A stretch of 64,000 bases of DNA, taken from the NCBI RefSeq assembly GCF_964355755.1, contig NC_092674.1, forward strand, positions 12,710,001 to 12,774,000, given 5' to 3'. Below are positions 24,042 to 38,398 of this stretch, piece after piece; position 1 is the stretch's first letter; each line of letters begins with the position of its first letter. The stretch comes from Antedon mediterranea (taxonomy: Eukaryota; Animalia; Echinodermata). Both the position numbers and the translations under genes were made by a program. The notes beneath the pieces were generated by a model. It made no database searches. It saw nothing but the letters and a program-made list of their open reading frames with translations, and had not been told where the DNA came from.

Positions 24042-27000
24042 ATATACACTAATATTGTAGAATAATAGAGTAAAGAGGAAGTAATGTAATACATTAATTT
24101 TGAAGAAAACTAAAAAAAAGTTGTTGAAGCATGAATGTCAATAAAAGAGAGAGAGGCAATCAAGAATAACAAAGTAATGCAAATTATTACCATGTTTTAT
24201 CGAAGCTAATTCAACAAGTAAATTAATTTGTCTATAATATGCTATACACAGATGGAAGGTACTGTTTTATACGTTTTAACATAATCAAGCTAAATACTAA
24301 TAATTATGATTTCTGTCAGTAGTTGCATAGTAAAATCACCTACCTTTAGGCTATTGTGAGCACATAGTTGAATAAGTTCTTTTTTCAGATCCATTTGTAG
24401 TTTCTATACCGTGTATATATATACTAAAAATAAAGAAGTTAACAATAAATATTATAATTTGGTTGTCAACAATGTAATAAATGCAATACAAACATTCTAA
24501 GAGAAAGGATGACGCTCAAAAAACGGGCGCCACTACAACGACAATGTTTCTATTTATTGTGCGCAATACCCATATGGACAAAGCTTAAAAAAGTGCTAAA
24601 TTTCTAAAAAAATATATATATATTATTTCAAACTATTCCTACCTAAATTTGATGCGTAAATATTTTTTAATTTTTATGTGATTATTTTTCAATTAACATA
24701 ATTATTATTATTTTTAGGCCTACATATAGCTAGATTTATAGATCAAAAATAACAACAAAAATGTACAAGAAGTTTATTACTGCCACTAATAAAAGCAAGA
24801 ATACTTGAACTGAAATAGGAAGAATATTATGTTCATGAAATGAAAGTTTGACAGTTCTATAACGAGGCGGAGAAAAGAAAAAAGAAAAAGAAAAGAAAAG
24901 AAGAAGTCAATCTTCTAAGGATTATTCTCTCCGTTCAGCTAATATAAAATATTCATTGTTAGGTTCAATGTTAGTTTTACAATGTACAATTACATAATAA
25001 AAATAAGAGGCATTTAAAAAATATATAATTTCATTTTTTATAAATATATTTTAATGAATGCATGTTAGAAGAAAGGACTTGATTCTAAATAGGCTGCTGC
25101 ATGTTTTTTTTTTGTTTTTTTTTTGTGTTAAAATTGAATAGTTCCTTATATTAGCAAATCCGCGTATGATGTATGACGTCTCATCCATACTTTATTTGTT
25201 TTTATGTTGTGGGTATCCACTTTTAATATTTTCATATCTATTGTACACAATAAACATTACATATGTTGAGTTTTACTTTACTAGTTGTAATCAATATGTT
25301 TGCTTTTCTTTGACATGTTTTACACAGAGGCGTCAAACATGGTAAATTTTAGCTACAGAAAATATATTAAAATATTTAACAAAACACCAGATGGTTAAAA
25401 AAGATATTGTATTTTTATACGAACAAAAAAGAGTTGCTGTTAAGCCAATCATGGTTCAGTTTTATATTATAGTTGTAATAATTCAACCCTCTGATTAATA
25501 ATGGATCGATCCAATTAACGGTCTTATACTAGATAACTAGTTTCTATAGTCGTGAGTGTTAACACTCGTTTCATTTAGCAACTTTCAGTCAAATAAATAG
25601 ATAGTACTTATCTGATTTCATTTAGAGCTAGACCATTTTAATTTTCTGTCTATGTGTCTGTTGTACTCAACTAGGGTTGTGTTATAATTATAATTATTAT
25701 ACTTTGCCAACTTACTAACTATTGCTACTGGACTTGAAAATTGAACAAACTTTCCCGATCCACTCTCGATTCAACAAATTCGTAGCTGTTTACAGTACCT
25801 GCACTCCTTTGTCTATTTTCATATTGGTATTTATAATAACAATATGTATACCTAAAGTTAGCACAATAATGGCAAAAAAACCTTTCCACGGTATAATGAT
25901 CCTTTTTTTATAAATCCTCAAGTCATTGTGTATAATTTCAATTCATAGTTTCAGTCATTCAATTCTATATAACCCCATAAGTAGTCAGGTATCAGATTAT
26001 ATAACCTGTACCCAATATAGTATACTCTTAGTGTGATACATTTGATCAAACCCCACGTACTCAATAGGTAAATGAATTTCATATGTATCTTATGAAATTA
26101 AAACTCAGAGAATATAGGAAAATAGGTAACAAAATATTACGATTGTGTAAATCTTTGTTGATTTCATGTATTAAGACAGTAGGATATATTATGGTTACGT
26201 TTATATTTAAATATAATTATAAATGAAATAACTCAACTGTTGGAAAGAAAAGAGAACGCATGTACAATATATAATGTCATTAATTGACACTATTTCAAGA
26301 AACAAGAATAATAATACTGTAGAACAACATTTAAACGTTATAAATAATCTAACAAGTCACACATTTTTATTCAGCATTTACTGACCAAATGTATAAAACC
26401 TGTAAACAGAGGGCGCCATTTAATTTGCAGCCAAGATTATTACATCTATTATGCAACGTTGACAAATAAAGTAATTAGGTAAATTTTGAAATTTGGGGGC
26501 AAAATTATTCCCCCAGAATTATTCCAGCCAAATGAGCGAATAACATGAGTAACATATGAGTAGCGCCTGTGTTGAAGTTAGGTGTTGGATGATGAAGGGG
26601 ATGGCTGGGTGGGAAGATTGAAAAATGTGTACAACTATTGGACGGTTAATTTAAAAATACAGTGTGCTAGTATGCATCTTAATAAACAACTAAAAACACT
26701 CTGAATTCCCATTGGTTGCCAATTAGAAATTTGCCTATCCTACATTTTTGTGTTCCACTCAATTCCAAACTATTCCTTAATTTTTAAACCAAGAATATGA
26801 AACGTGCTGAAAATATTGAAGTTCCACACCAACTCATTTTGGTATTACTGTATATTTTTATCATATTTAATTATTGATTCTAGCTAGTCTAGGCCTAGCT
26901 TCTAGGTGAAAAGGACGCTCTATTTAGGTTTTCACTTAATAGGCCTAAGAAGTTAAATAATGTGTTCAAAATAAAATAAATGCCTAAACTCTAAAGAAGC

Positions 27001-28351
27001 AACCAACTGTTCAATAATTGTCATTGTATATTCGATGTCAAGGGATGGGGCTTACTTTTTGAGACCTACTTGACAGAAATATACTGATATTTTAAGTTGT
27101 ACAACAGTTGATACATGACATATACTATATATTGTTTTTCTGTTTTTGCAAAATCCGTAATACAAATTGGGGGAATCCCGGTATTTTCGCAGAAATGAAT
27201 TCTTCTATTTATTTTGGTCTTTGATTGAAAGTAGGTGAATCATAGAAGAAAAACTAAAGAATCAATCCGCCTGCAATGCATGTTGGGATTTATAGCGGGC
27301 CGCTAATACTTTTAGAATAGACTTATTTTTCCCATTTTTAACTGTTCAAAGACGAAAAAAGTTATCGCGATAGGACCATATTATAGTATTTTTTTTACAT
27401 TAAATGTAATTTATGACCTTAAATTAAATTTTAAAAACGTAGGGAATGGGAAAATGTATTATAATATGAATAAACTTCAAACAGTTATGTACTACTAGTT
27501 TCAGTAGTAACCAGCTTCCTTAAAAAGGTTATATTTTATTTTCAGATTTTTGTCACTTGCATTCTTATAATACTATATACGTCTCCGACTGTTACAAATC
27601 TGATAACAAATTTAATAGTCCAAATGTGTCAATTCAAAATACACTTCTTATCTTTAACCAAACTTTGAAGCATTTTATATCTGTTGGTTAGGGTCACTTT
27701 TTGTGGAAAATGGATACTGATGCTAATAGTGGAACGTTATTATTACTGTAATAAACTCTAACTTATATCAGTAATAATAATGCAATGAAATATTTATAAA
27801 AAGGTATACATTTTTTTTCAACCCTCTGATTAATAATGGATCAATCCAGTTAGCGGTCTTATAGCAGAAACTAGTTTCTATGGTCCTGAGTGTTAACACT
27901 CGTTTCATTTGGAAATAAAATCTTTCAGTAAAATAAATAGATAGTACTTATCTGTTTTCATTTACAACTAGACCATTTTAATTGTCTGTCTATGTGGTTG
28001 GTTTGTACTTATAATTATTATATATTGCCAACTTACCAAACTATTGCTACTGGACTTGAAAAATCTCTAAGAACTGAACAGAATTTCCCGAACCACTCCC
28101 AATTCAACAAATTCGTAGCTGTTTACAGTACCTGCACTCCTTTGTCTGTTTTCATATTAGTATTTATAATAACAATATGTATGCTTAAATTTAGCACAAT
28201 AATGGCACAAAAACCTTTCCACGGTATAATGGAACTTTTTATATAGATGCACAAATCATTGTGTAGAATTTCAATTCAAATTTACAATTCTATATAACCC
28301 CAGAAGTAGTCATGTATCATAATATCCTGTACCCAATATAGTATACTCTAA

Positions 28352-29150
28352 AGCCCCTTTCTCACAGATGTGCCTGCAATATACCGGTACAGTGCTGGCG
28401 TCGTGCCGGTATCATTACCGGCTTATACCCATTCTCATCGGACTATCGTGCCGAAAATATAACCGATATATACCGGCTTTCTGTGAGAAAGGAGTCGGGC
28501 ATATTCGGCCAATAAAAGTCTCTGACAAAATAATTATTGAGGGCGTCCTTTATTGTTATTATCTTTGTCTAGCGATATATGGCGACGAATTTTAAGTTAC
28601 AGATTATTATCTTACTTTATAGCATATTTATGCAATACCTGATATGTACAGTATATTGTGCATATATTATACAGGTACAGAAATTAATTAGCCGTCATCG
28701 GAAATCTGTAAAACACTTTAGAAGGCTGTACAATTTACAAGGCGACGAAGGGTCAGGCACCAACAAAGAGCTATGGCCTAGGCCTATAGATTATGCTACA
28801 CATTTCTTCTTGTCCCCTTATTTTAAGCAGCTCTCTTATCTCATTATCCTTCCAGTTCGACATTATTATTGTTAATTGAATTGAATCGGCGCCAAAGTAA
28901 TACAATTGACCGCGCAAGGTGTCAAAGCCTCTACTGGGAATTAAATATAACCCCAGAATATAACGGCGTTACGTTCTTACAGAATGCCCGTCTGGCATTG
29001 CGGGGAATATCCCTAAAATATTACTAGGTCTAAAGCAGGTCATGTCGATGCCGGCATGATGCAGGCATGATACCAAGTTCTCACAGAAACCCATACCGGC
29101 ATGGTAATGGTATATTCCCGCAATATTCCTGGCACACAGAGAAAAGGGCT
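28352..29150. mobile_element. PIF/Harbinger-like MITE with TWA target duplication
   Basis: AGCCCCTTTCTC...GAGAAAAGGGCT flanked by TAA and TTA; the paralogous empty site TATACTCTTAGTGTGA is at ~26021. Confidence 0.8.
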
Positions 29151-31289
29151 TTAGTGTGAAACCCATTCCTAACGTACTCAATATGTAAATGAATTTTATG
29201 TGTATAATATGAAATTAAAACTCAGAGGATATAGGAAAATAGGTAACAAAATGTCACGATTGTGTTAAATTTTTGTTGAATTCAAGTTTTAAGACAGTAG
29301 GATATATTATGGTTAAGTTTAGATTGGAAAGAAAAGAGAACGCATGTATAATATATAATATATGTCATTAATTGACGCTATTTCAAGAAACAAGAATAAT
29401 AATACTATAGAACTACAGTTTAACGTTATAAATAATCTAACAGTCACACATTTTTCCGCATTTACTGACTATTAATGTATAAAACATGTGAACAGAGGGC
29501 GCCATCTCATTTGAGTCACGATTCTTACGTCTATTATGCAAAGTTGAAAAATAAATAACGTCAACGATGTTTGTCAAGATCGCATCGTGCTACACGAAAA
29601 CTGCTGTAGCCCCGAATAGAAAGTTAAAATTCACGATGCGCGCTTACGTTAGTGTTGTTATGAAAGTAGACATTTCCGTAATCGTACGTCGATCAGATTA
29701 TAACGTATTTGGAGAATTGTATCTTATAGGCTTTTCCCCTTTTCGAGCAAATTATATTATAATTTTAGCACACAAAAAATATGCATAAAAAAGTACCTAG
29801 TTTTCCTTAATTTCTTTATTGAACTATTCTTTTTAGCGTCCCTTGACACAACAATAACTTAAATTCACTTATTTAAACAAAATAGTATGCCTTGATTATA
29901 CATTCAGTATTTGACAATAGTTTTTGATACAGTAATTGGACGACAGCAAACAATATGCGGTAGCCAAACGATCATCGTGGTTTACTTTAAAAAGAATAAC
30001 ACTCATAATGTTAGTTTCCCAACGTTCTTTCTGTGCAACGCTAGATCATTAATAATACATTCGATGAATTTTATTCTACTGACACAGAAGTATGAGGTTA
30101 TATCAGTTACAACATATATTATGTTTAATAATTATTTGATTGTCGTTGTCTTTGCCGAGTTGAGTTACAGCTAAAGGAGTAGGCTCAAACCAATAACAAT
30201 TTACGTACGGTATTGCCGAATCTTTATATCTCGTTTACATACTATCGAATCTTTATACAGTATTGCATTAATAATTTACGTACGATAGTCGAAGTCAAAG
30301 TTGTCCTGTGTCTGTTGTACCAACTATGGTTGTGTTATACTTATAATTATTATATATTGCCAACTTACCAGCTATTGCCACTGGACTTGAACACTGAACA
30401 AACTTTCCCGATAAACTCTCAATTCAACCGATTCGTAGCTGTTTAAGTACCTGCACTCCTTTGTCTATTTTCATATTATTATTTATAATAACAATATGTA
30501 TACTTAAAGTTAGCACAATAATGGCACAAAAATCTTTCCACGGTATAATGACCCTTTTTATATAGATGCTCAAGTCATTGTGTAGAATTTCAATTCATAG
30601 TTTCAGTCATTCAATTCTATATAACCACAAGTACTCATGTATCAGATTATAACCTGTACCCAATATAGTATACTCTTAATGTGATACATTTTCAAGCAAA
30701 TTATATTATAATTTTAGCACACAAAGTATATGCAAAAATAAGAACCTAGTTTTCCTTATTTTCTTTATTTAACTATTCGTTTTAGCGTCCCTTTAAGTAC
30801 GGATATTTATGTTAGTTAAATTTTCCTGCCTTGATACAACAATAACTTAAATTCACTTATTTAAAAAAAATAGTATGCCTAGATTATGCATTCAGTATTC
30901 GACAACAGTTTCTGATACAGTAATTGGACGACAACAAACAATCAGTTGTCGCCAACAGAGCTTATTATGGTTCACTTTATAAAGAATAACACTCATAATG
31001 TTAGTTTCCCAACGTTCTTTCTGTGCAACGCTAGATCATTAATAATACATTCGATGAATTTTATTCTACTGACACAGAAGTATGAGGTTATATCAGTTAC
31101 AACAACGTGCTACAGACCAGATTTACCGTCTGACACAATGTCCTCTCGTCGTGGATGGCTTTAGGTTTATCCTAGCGGAGTATGGTCGAAGCGGCCGCCA
31201 GTTTAATATCGTCATTTGTATATGGAATGCTATGTGCGCTTTAATCTTTGATTGTCGTTGTCTATGGCGAGTTGAGTTACAGTCAAACC

Positions 31290-31800
31290 AATCATAATTT
31301 GCGTACGGTATTGCCGAATTTTTATATCTCGTTTACATACTATCGAATCGTTTACCGTATTGCATTAATAATTTACGTACGGTAGTCGAATCTTTATATC
31401 TCATTTGCATAGTTGAGTTACAGTCAAACCAATAATAATTTGCGTACGGTATTGCCGAATTTTTATATCTCGTTTACATACTATCGAATCGTTTACACTA
31501 TTGCATTAATAATTTACGTACGTTATTGCCGAATATTTATATTTCGTTTAATTACTATCGAATCCTTACACATTATTGCATTAATAATGTACGTACGGTA
31601 CTGCCTAATCTTTATATCTCATTTACATACTATCGAATCTTTAAACACTATTGCAATAGTAATTTACGTACGGTACTGTCGAATCTTTATCTCATTTACA
31701 TACTATATAGTATCGAATCTTTATACAGTATTGCATTAATAATTTACGTACGGTATTGCCGAATATTTATATATCATTTACTGTACTATCGAATCTTTTT
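31290..31800 (+). repeat. ~69-bp minisatellite
   Basis: TTGCATTAATAATTTACGTACGGTA.TGCCGAAT.TTTATATCTC.TTTACATACTATCGAATC about 7 times. Confidence 0.85.
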
Positions 31801-33249
31801 TATTAGTAGTAATAGGGTGTGTTATACATTAAGTGTTATTCCATTGTAATATATTGTTTGTGTTTTCAATAAAGCAACGTGAGGGACGAATGCGCCAGAG
31901 GAACGTGCACCTTCTACAGCACTATTCCTGGCCGGCCACTAGTCGAGTTTATTAGCAGACATTCACGTAATTAATTAGTTTTGTATGCATAGCTGGTAAA
32001 CAAAGTAATATACGAACATCGGACGCTAGCTATGCCTAGCCTGATTTTGTATAGTTGCTGCATTAATTGTATTTCTGTTTTCCAGAATCTGTAATACAAA
32101 TTTGGAGAAACCCGGTATTTTCGCTGAAATAAATTCTTCTACTGTATTTATTTTGGACTTCACGATCGATCGAAAGTAGGTGAATCACAAAAGAAAAACT
32201 AAAGAATCAATCCGCGCGTAATGCATGTTGGGATGTTTAGCGGGCCGCTAATAATGATTAGAATCGACTTATTTTTCACATTTTTAACCGTTCACAGACG
32301 AAAAAAGTTATCACAATAGAACCATAGGCCTATAGTATTTATTTTAACATTAAATGTAGGTTGTGACCTTAATAAATTAGATTTAAAAAACGTAGGGAAT
32401 GGGACTTTAAACATTTTTCATAAGAATGACATCAAACAGTTATGTAAATGTTTAGTGTCAGTAGTAACCAGCTTCCTTCAAAATTCAACCAATTCGTAGC
32501 TGTTTACAGTACCTGCACTCCTTTGTCTGTTTTCCAATTAGTATTTATAATAACAATAATGTAAGCTTGAATTTATCACAATAATAGTAATAGCACAAAA
32601 ACCTTTCCACGGTCTAATGAACTTATTTAGAGATGCTCACATCATTGTGTAGAATTTCAATTCATATTTACAGTCATTCAATTCTATATAACCCCAGAAG
32701 TACTCATGTATCAGATTACATAACTTGTACCCAATATAGTATACTCTTAGAGTGATAACTTCGAGAAACCTAACGCACTCAATAGGTAAATGTATTTTAT
32801 ATGTATAATATGAAATTAAAACTCAGAGGATATAGGAAAATAGGTAAAAAACATCACGATTGTGTAAATCTTTGTTGAATTCAAGTATTAAGACAGTAGG
32901 ATATATTATGGTTATGTTTAGATTGAAAAGAAACTGTTGGAAAGAAAAGAGAACGCATTTATAATATATGTCATTAATTGACGCTATTTCAAGAAACAAG
33001 AATAATAATACTAAAGAACAACATTTTAACATTATAAATAATCATAAATAATAAAACAGTCAGTCATAAGTCAGTCACATTTTATTCCGCATTTACTGAC
33101 GAAATGTATAAAACCTGTAAACAGAGGGCGCCATCACATTTGCATCCAAGATTCTTACGTCTTTTATAGGCAAAGTTGAAAAATAAATAACGTCAACGAT
33201 GTTTGTCAAGATCGCATCGTGCTGCACGAAAACTGCTGTAGCCCCGAAT

Positions 33250-33609
33250 AGGTTCCCACTTGAACTCGACGCAACGTAACGCAGCGACGAATCGACGAAA
33301 AGTGCCGTATTGCGTAATCACAAGTGGGAACCGACGACGCAACAGTGCTGCAAACATCAACACGGGAAATCAAATCAGTTAGATTTCACGCAACAACAAG
33401 GCAAGGCAAAAGAACACTGGAAAACATAGTACAGCGAGTACTTAAAACTACGCGGGGTGAACCAGGTCAAAGTCTACGGCATGCTAACGTTGACGCGCAA
33501 CAAACAGGTCAGTGATTTCACGAAGGCGGGGCAAACACAATTATTGGAAGGGCAATTGCTTACGTTGCGTAGGTTGCGTTACGTTGCGTCGCTAGTGGAA
33601 AACAAGATT
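33250..33609. mobile_element. MITE with GGTTCCCACT..GACGCAACG termini
   Basis: Absent from the paralogous block at ~29620. Ends GGTTCCCACT..GACGCAACGTAACGC and GCGTTACGTTGCGTCGCTAGTGGAAA. Related copies at 33803-34010 and 56049-56140. Confidence 0.7.
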
Positions 33610-35049
33610 TAAAATTCACGACGCGCGCTTAAGTTAATGTTGTTACGAATGTAGACATTTCCTTATTACCTTTTCCTACGCCGACCAGATTTATAACGTA
33701 TTTGGAGATTTTTCTCTGATAGGTTTTTCCCCTTTTCGAGCGGATTATATTATAATTTTTGCACACAAAGTATTATGCATAAACAAGTACCTGGTTTTCC
33801 TAAAGTGTGGTTCCCACTAGGACGCAACGTAACGCAACGCAATGACGTATCGACGCAACGTGCCGTATTGCGTAATCACAAGTGGGAATCGAACGACGTA
33901 ACGTTGCAAACAGTTGCTACGGGAAATCAAATCAGTTTGATTTTACGCAATAACGTAAGGAAAACGCAAGAGAAACATAGTATAGCGCATGCTCAGACCA
34001 TGAAATCAAAAGTTTTTCGCCTGCTGTTTCGCGGTCATCGCGGTGTCTCCGCAGCTAGTTAGCAGAGGGAGTAGTCTCGACGGGTGGTAGTCCAGGGGAA
34101 TTTTACACATTATCACTGGGTGGGGTGTGTAGTGTGTGTGTTAGCAAAATGGTTTCAAAATGCGAGGCGGTGTTCATGGATGTTGTAATACTGAATACTG
34201 AATACTGAAATGCTTTATTTGTCCATCATCATCATAAAATAACAACAGAAATTCTTCTTGAAGATTGACAATTATTAGTACAATAATAAATAAATATACA
34301 CTATAATATAGTATGTACACACACATGATTGCACAAAAAATATAAGTTATGAAACACGATGTAAAAAAGACTAGGTAAGACAGTTTCCATGTCTGTATGA
34401 CAAATCTTCGATTGGTTAAAAAAAACGGGATACACAAGTTGAGGCATGGAAAAGGGTGAAAGAAATTAGTGTTGTTGACAATCCAGAAACTTTGTATAAA
34501 ACCATCAGAGATTGTTTTACAAAGGTAGGCATAGGCTAGGCCTAGCCCATACATGCCTACAAACAATACATACAATAGGCCTACAAAGCCTTGGTATAGG
34601 GCAAATCTCCCAGGCCTCTACAGGCATAGGCCTATAAGCCTAATTTAAATAATAGGCCTAAATAATAATATTACTGGACCTACCTAGCTAGCCTAGGTAG
34701 AATATATTATTAATAATTATTACCTAGGCTAGGCCTAGCCTATGGGTGGTACGGTATTAGTAGGCCAGGCCTATATTGCAAGGAAATATTCGTTACCAAA
34801 AATAAATGAATAATATTATAATATATATATTTAAATAAAAATAATAAATAATAATATAATAACAAATAACACTAACATTAATAATAATAATATTATAATA
34901 AAAGATGATGATGACGATAAACGACAACAGCAGGAGTAATATGTAATATAAATAATTTTGGGATCAGACAGGAACAAAATCAAGGTTTACTGTAGCTGAA
35001 TCCGCAAAGCGGAACATACAAGCAATATTAATTGATAGTTGATGTTTTA

Positions 35050-35220
35050 ATTACATCTAGAGATTACGGAGGTCGGATGTAGACCTAATGACAATCTTCG
35101 CTTCCACAGCGGCATGTGCGCCCGCTTCGCGCAGGAGGGTCATGCGAGAAGGTGTTAAGTTCTCGGTTATAGAGTAAGAAGAATTTTTAAGCAATTTCTT
35201 GTTGCGAAACACTTCTGCTC
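35050..35220 (-). pseudogene. Fragment resembling a CR1/L2-group LINE ORF1 C-terminus
   Basis: VFRNKKLLKNSSYSITENLTPSRMTLLREA...KIVI resembles the K.LK...I.E.LT..R..LL motif of such ORF1 proteins (recognised from memory). Confidence 0.5.
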
Positions 35221-35669
35221 GATGGGTCCCATATATATTAGATATGGGCTGGGCCATATGTATTAGCCCAGAAGTTTGGCAGATGGGTCCCATATCGATT
35301 ATATATGGGCTTGCCCATATGCATTACCCCATATTTTTGGTAGATGGGTCCCATATATATTAGATATGGGCTGGCCCATATGTATTAGCCCAGACGTTTG
35401 GCTGATGGGTCCCATATAGATTATATATATGGGCTTGCCCATATGTATTACCCTAGATGTTTGGCAGATGGGTCGCATATAGAATATATATGGGCTTGCC
35501 CATATATATCAGCCCAGATTTTTGGCAAATGGGTGCCACATTGGTTTATCATGGGGCAAACCCATATGGGATATCCCATATGGGGTCTTTATTTTTTAAA
35601 TATGGGATTTCCCATATGGGATGGCCCAGATATTTAAGTCATGGGCCCCATATGGGCTTGCTACCTGGG
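35215..35669 (-). mobile_element. Transposon end with ~60-bp subterminal repeats (CCCAG terminus, CACTA/EnSpm-like)
   Basis: Repeated GGCAGATGGGTCCCATAT...ATGGGCT.GCCCATATG ending GCTACCTGGG (minus strand CCCAGGTAGC). Superfamily is inference. Confidence 0.55.
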
Positions 35670-37083
35670 TACTTGACAAATGCTATGCTTCAGACCTTTT
35701 GTACCCGCAATGCTAAACAAATGTTCATGGGCTCCCGGACTAACTGTTTCGCGCTTCCAAACGTTGTTTAAACTAAATAGTGTATTAATTATACCAAATA
35801 GGATGGTATTTATTGAAATAAACGCCCAACAGCTCCCCAATAAAACATCACTTAGAATAATAATCGCCCATCCACATTACACAGTGTATTGTATTTATAA
35901 CACAATTACATTGTAGTAGAATTCATTGACTACAATTTACCAAGCATCTTTTTTAACCACTTTTCATATCTATTAGAGGATTTTATTTGATTATAACTAT
36001 TACCATATTAAAACTAAAACATTAAACGTATCCCTCGAATAAGCACCTACCTCAATGAAATCCGCCCCACCTCTTCCCCAAAAGGCCAACCTCCCCCCCC
36101 CCCTCCTTCCTAGAGGGGGAGGGAAGCGAGCTCACCCTCTAGTGTTAAAATTTGTTGTTATTTTTATTAAATGTGTACATGCTTTTAAAAAATGTACACT
36201 TATTTAGAATAAAAACGTAATGATCTGTAGTTTCAAGACTTTTTGTTAATGCCACCAACTCTCTTTTTTTGTGTGTTTGTCGCCCTCTACTTGGAAAAGG
36301 TTGTCAATGGAAAATTAATATGGCTGCGCCCATGCAAGCATGTTGAGATGTTGGCTAAACTAGTTATTTGCAGTATAAAACAATCACATAGACGCTATTA
36401 AACATTAATGAATATGCAATGTAGTTGTCCATATCAGAGACATTCAACTGTACGGTAAATATCTGTACCCCTTTGATTGAGTTTACAATGTTACCGTTTT
36501 ATTTGCTATGTTTGTGTTTATAAATTATCATGCCCTCTAGCTAGCTATGCCTACCTAGGCCTGGCCCTAGCTAGGCCTAGCCTAGTTCTGGTCTAGCCTA
36601 GGCCTAGCCCCTTTATCTTATGTATGTTTGATTACTATTGCAGTTAATCATTGAAGATCATATCAGGTCAACGCATTTTAAATTAACAGTAACCAAGTTG
36701 TCTCTGTGTTTGTATTGCGGCCTAGCCTACATCATTATTATTGTATTGTCAATGAATGAGAATCATTCACAATTAAGAAAGTGTACAACCAGTTGATTTG
36801 TATGCATGTTATCAGTTTTTGTTTTTGTAATCAAATGTGTACATTCTTATAAATGTATACTTATTTATAATAAAAACAACATAACAATCTTGAGTTTCAA
36901 ACAAGATTGAATTCATGCTTGTTGAGAAACAAATTATGGAATCTTTATCGAGGGCGGTATATACTATAAATTACTCATCAATCATATTAATTTAAACTGT
37001 TGAAATACACTGGCGTACTCATTTTTTATTTGCTTGAATTTGTAGTTACTTACATTTCTCAACCATTGTCTTTTCTTTTTTAG

Positions 37084-37182
37084 ACGTGACAATCCATGTT
37101 TTCTAGCTAGGGAGATTTTTGTGAACAACCTTATGGTTTTAGAAATGTCATTCCACTGGTTGATGATATTAATTTATTTGAG
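37084..37182 (+). pseudogene. Integrin beta betaA exon, frameshifted
   Basis: RDNPC and CEQPYGFRNVIPLVDDINLFE are in different frames (codon starts 37085 and 37120). Confidence 0.75.
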
Positions 37183-37876
37183 GTAAAATATACTCTGTTG
37201 AGTTCCTAGACTTTGTTTCTATTGGCATGATGGCTATATTAAATGCTACTGACATGGCTCAGGATTTAATGCTCTAAGCTAAGCACACATTAAACACATC
37301 ACTTGCTCACACAAAACAACCCATTCATCGAATTGAAGACTTTTACTTACCAAATTTACTATTTTATATCATGTGACATTAGTAATTTTGTTGCATTCAG
37401 TGATAACAGTGACATTCAATGGTCCCATTCAACGGGCAAGTGCAAATGGTGAGCTTTGTTGTTATGTAATAAGCCCAAAAATGTGAAAACCAACCAATAT
37501 AGGCTTGGCTAAAATCTGAGCCTTGCTTTTTGCATGGACTTTAAATACCAAATTGCCTTGCCCATTTTATGTTTTTTTATAACTGCACATACTTTTTTTT
37601 TTTAGAGAACACTTAAAGATCAAACCTTTTCAATGAGTCTTGAATTTAACTGTTTCTTTTGACTAAGTTTTATAAGTTAAAAAACATTTTTTTTTCTAGA
37701 GAAGTAATTAACTTTATTAGAACTACAAAATTGCCTATTTAAAGTCTGTTTTTATTAAGACTTAAGTTCAATTTTCATGGTTTTTTTTTCATCTTTAACA
37801 TGAATTCAAAATGAAACCCAACCAAGAGAAGGCCTTCCACACTTTTAATGATCATTTGATGTAATTGATTTTTCAG

Positions 37877-37960
37877 GAGCATATTGGTTGGCGTAATTAT
37901 TCAAGACATTTTATTATTTATATGAGTGATGCAGGATTTCACTTCGCACTTGATGGCAAG
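37877..37960 (+). pseudogene. Integrin beta betaA exon (frame open)
   Basis: EHIGWRNYSRHFIIYMSDAGFHFALDGK with AG/GT boundaries. Confidence 0.88.
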
Positions 37961-37977
37961 GTTTGTAGAAAAAACCC

Positions 37978-38398
37978 CTCATTTGAGGGGTAGCCAGCTC
38001 ATTTGAGGGGTAGCTGGCTCATTTGAGGGGTAGCCGGCTCATTTGAGGGGTAGCCGGCTCATTTGAGGGGTAACTGGCTCATTTGAGGGGTAACTGGCTC
38101 ATTTGAGGGGTAGCTGGCTCATTTGGGGGGTAGCTGGCTCATTTGAGGGGTAGCCGGCTCATTTGAGGGGTAACTGGCTCATTTGAGGGGTAACTGGCTC
38201 ATTTGAGGGGTAGCTGGCTCATTTGGGGGGTAGCTGTATCATTTGAGTGGTAGCTCGCTCATTTGAGGGGTAACTGTATCATTTAAGGGGTAGCTGGCTC
38301 ATTTGAGGGGTAACTGTATCATTTGAGGGGTAGCTGTCTCATTTGATGTTTGCTGGATTATTTGAGGGGTAGCTGACGCATTTGAAGGGTAGCTGGCT
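37978..38398 (+). repeat. 20-bp minisatellite, about 21 units
   Basis: CTCATTTGAGGGGTA(G/A)C(C/T)GG head to tail, degrading toward the 3' end. Confidence 0.95.

Larger units (their letters stand above)
25482..33800 (+). repeat. Mosaic tandem segmental repeat, 4 partial copies of a ~1-kb block plus shuffled flanking blocks
   Basis: The ATTCGTAGCTGTTTACAGTACCTGCACTCCTTTGTCT block occurs at ~25780, 28112, 30431 and 32492. 27140-27520 recurs at 32070-32478; 29560-29800 recurs at 33190-33800. Confidence 0.85.

Noticed and set aside
25722-31849. Recurrent short hydrophobic ORFs (25722, 27992, 30213, 31413)
   Set aside because: Frames are not conserved between repeat copies; they are by-products of AT-rich repeats.
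34020-34060. GC-rich stretch ending CTAG|T as another Helitron 3' end
   Set aside because: The hairpin is weak and no matching 5' end was identified.
37978-38398. Regularly spaced repeats resembling a CRISPR array (also 5887-6260, 31290-31800, 35215-35669)
   Set aside because: Units are contiguous with no unique spacers, there are no cas genes, and the context is eukaryotic; they are minisatellites or transposon subterminal repeats.
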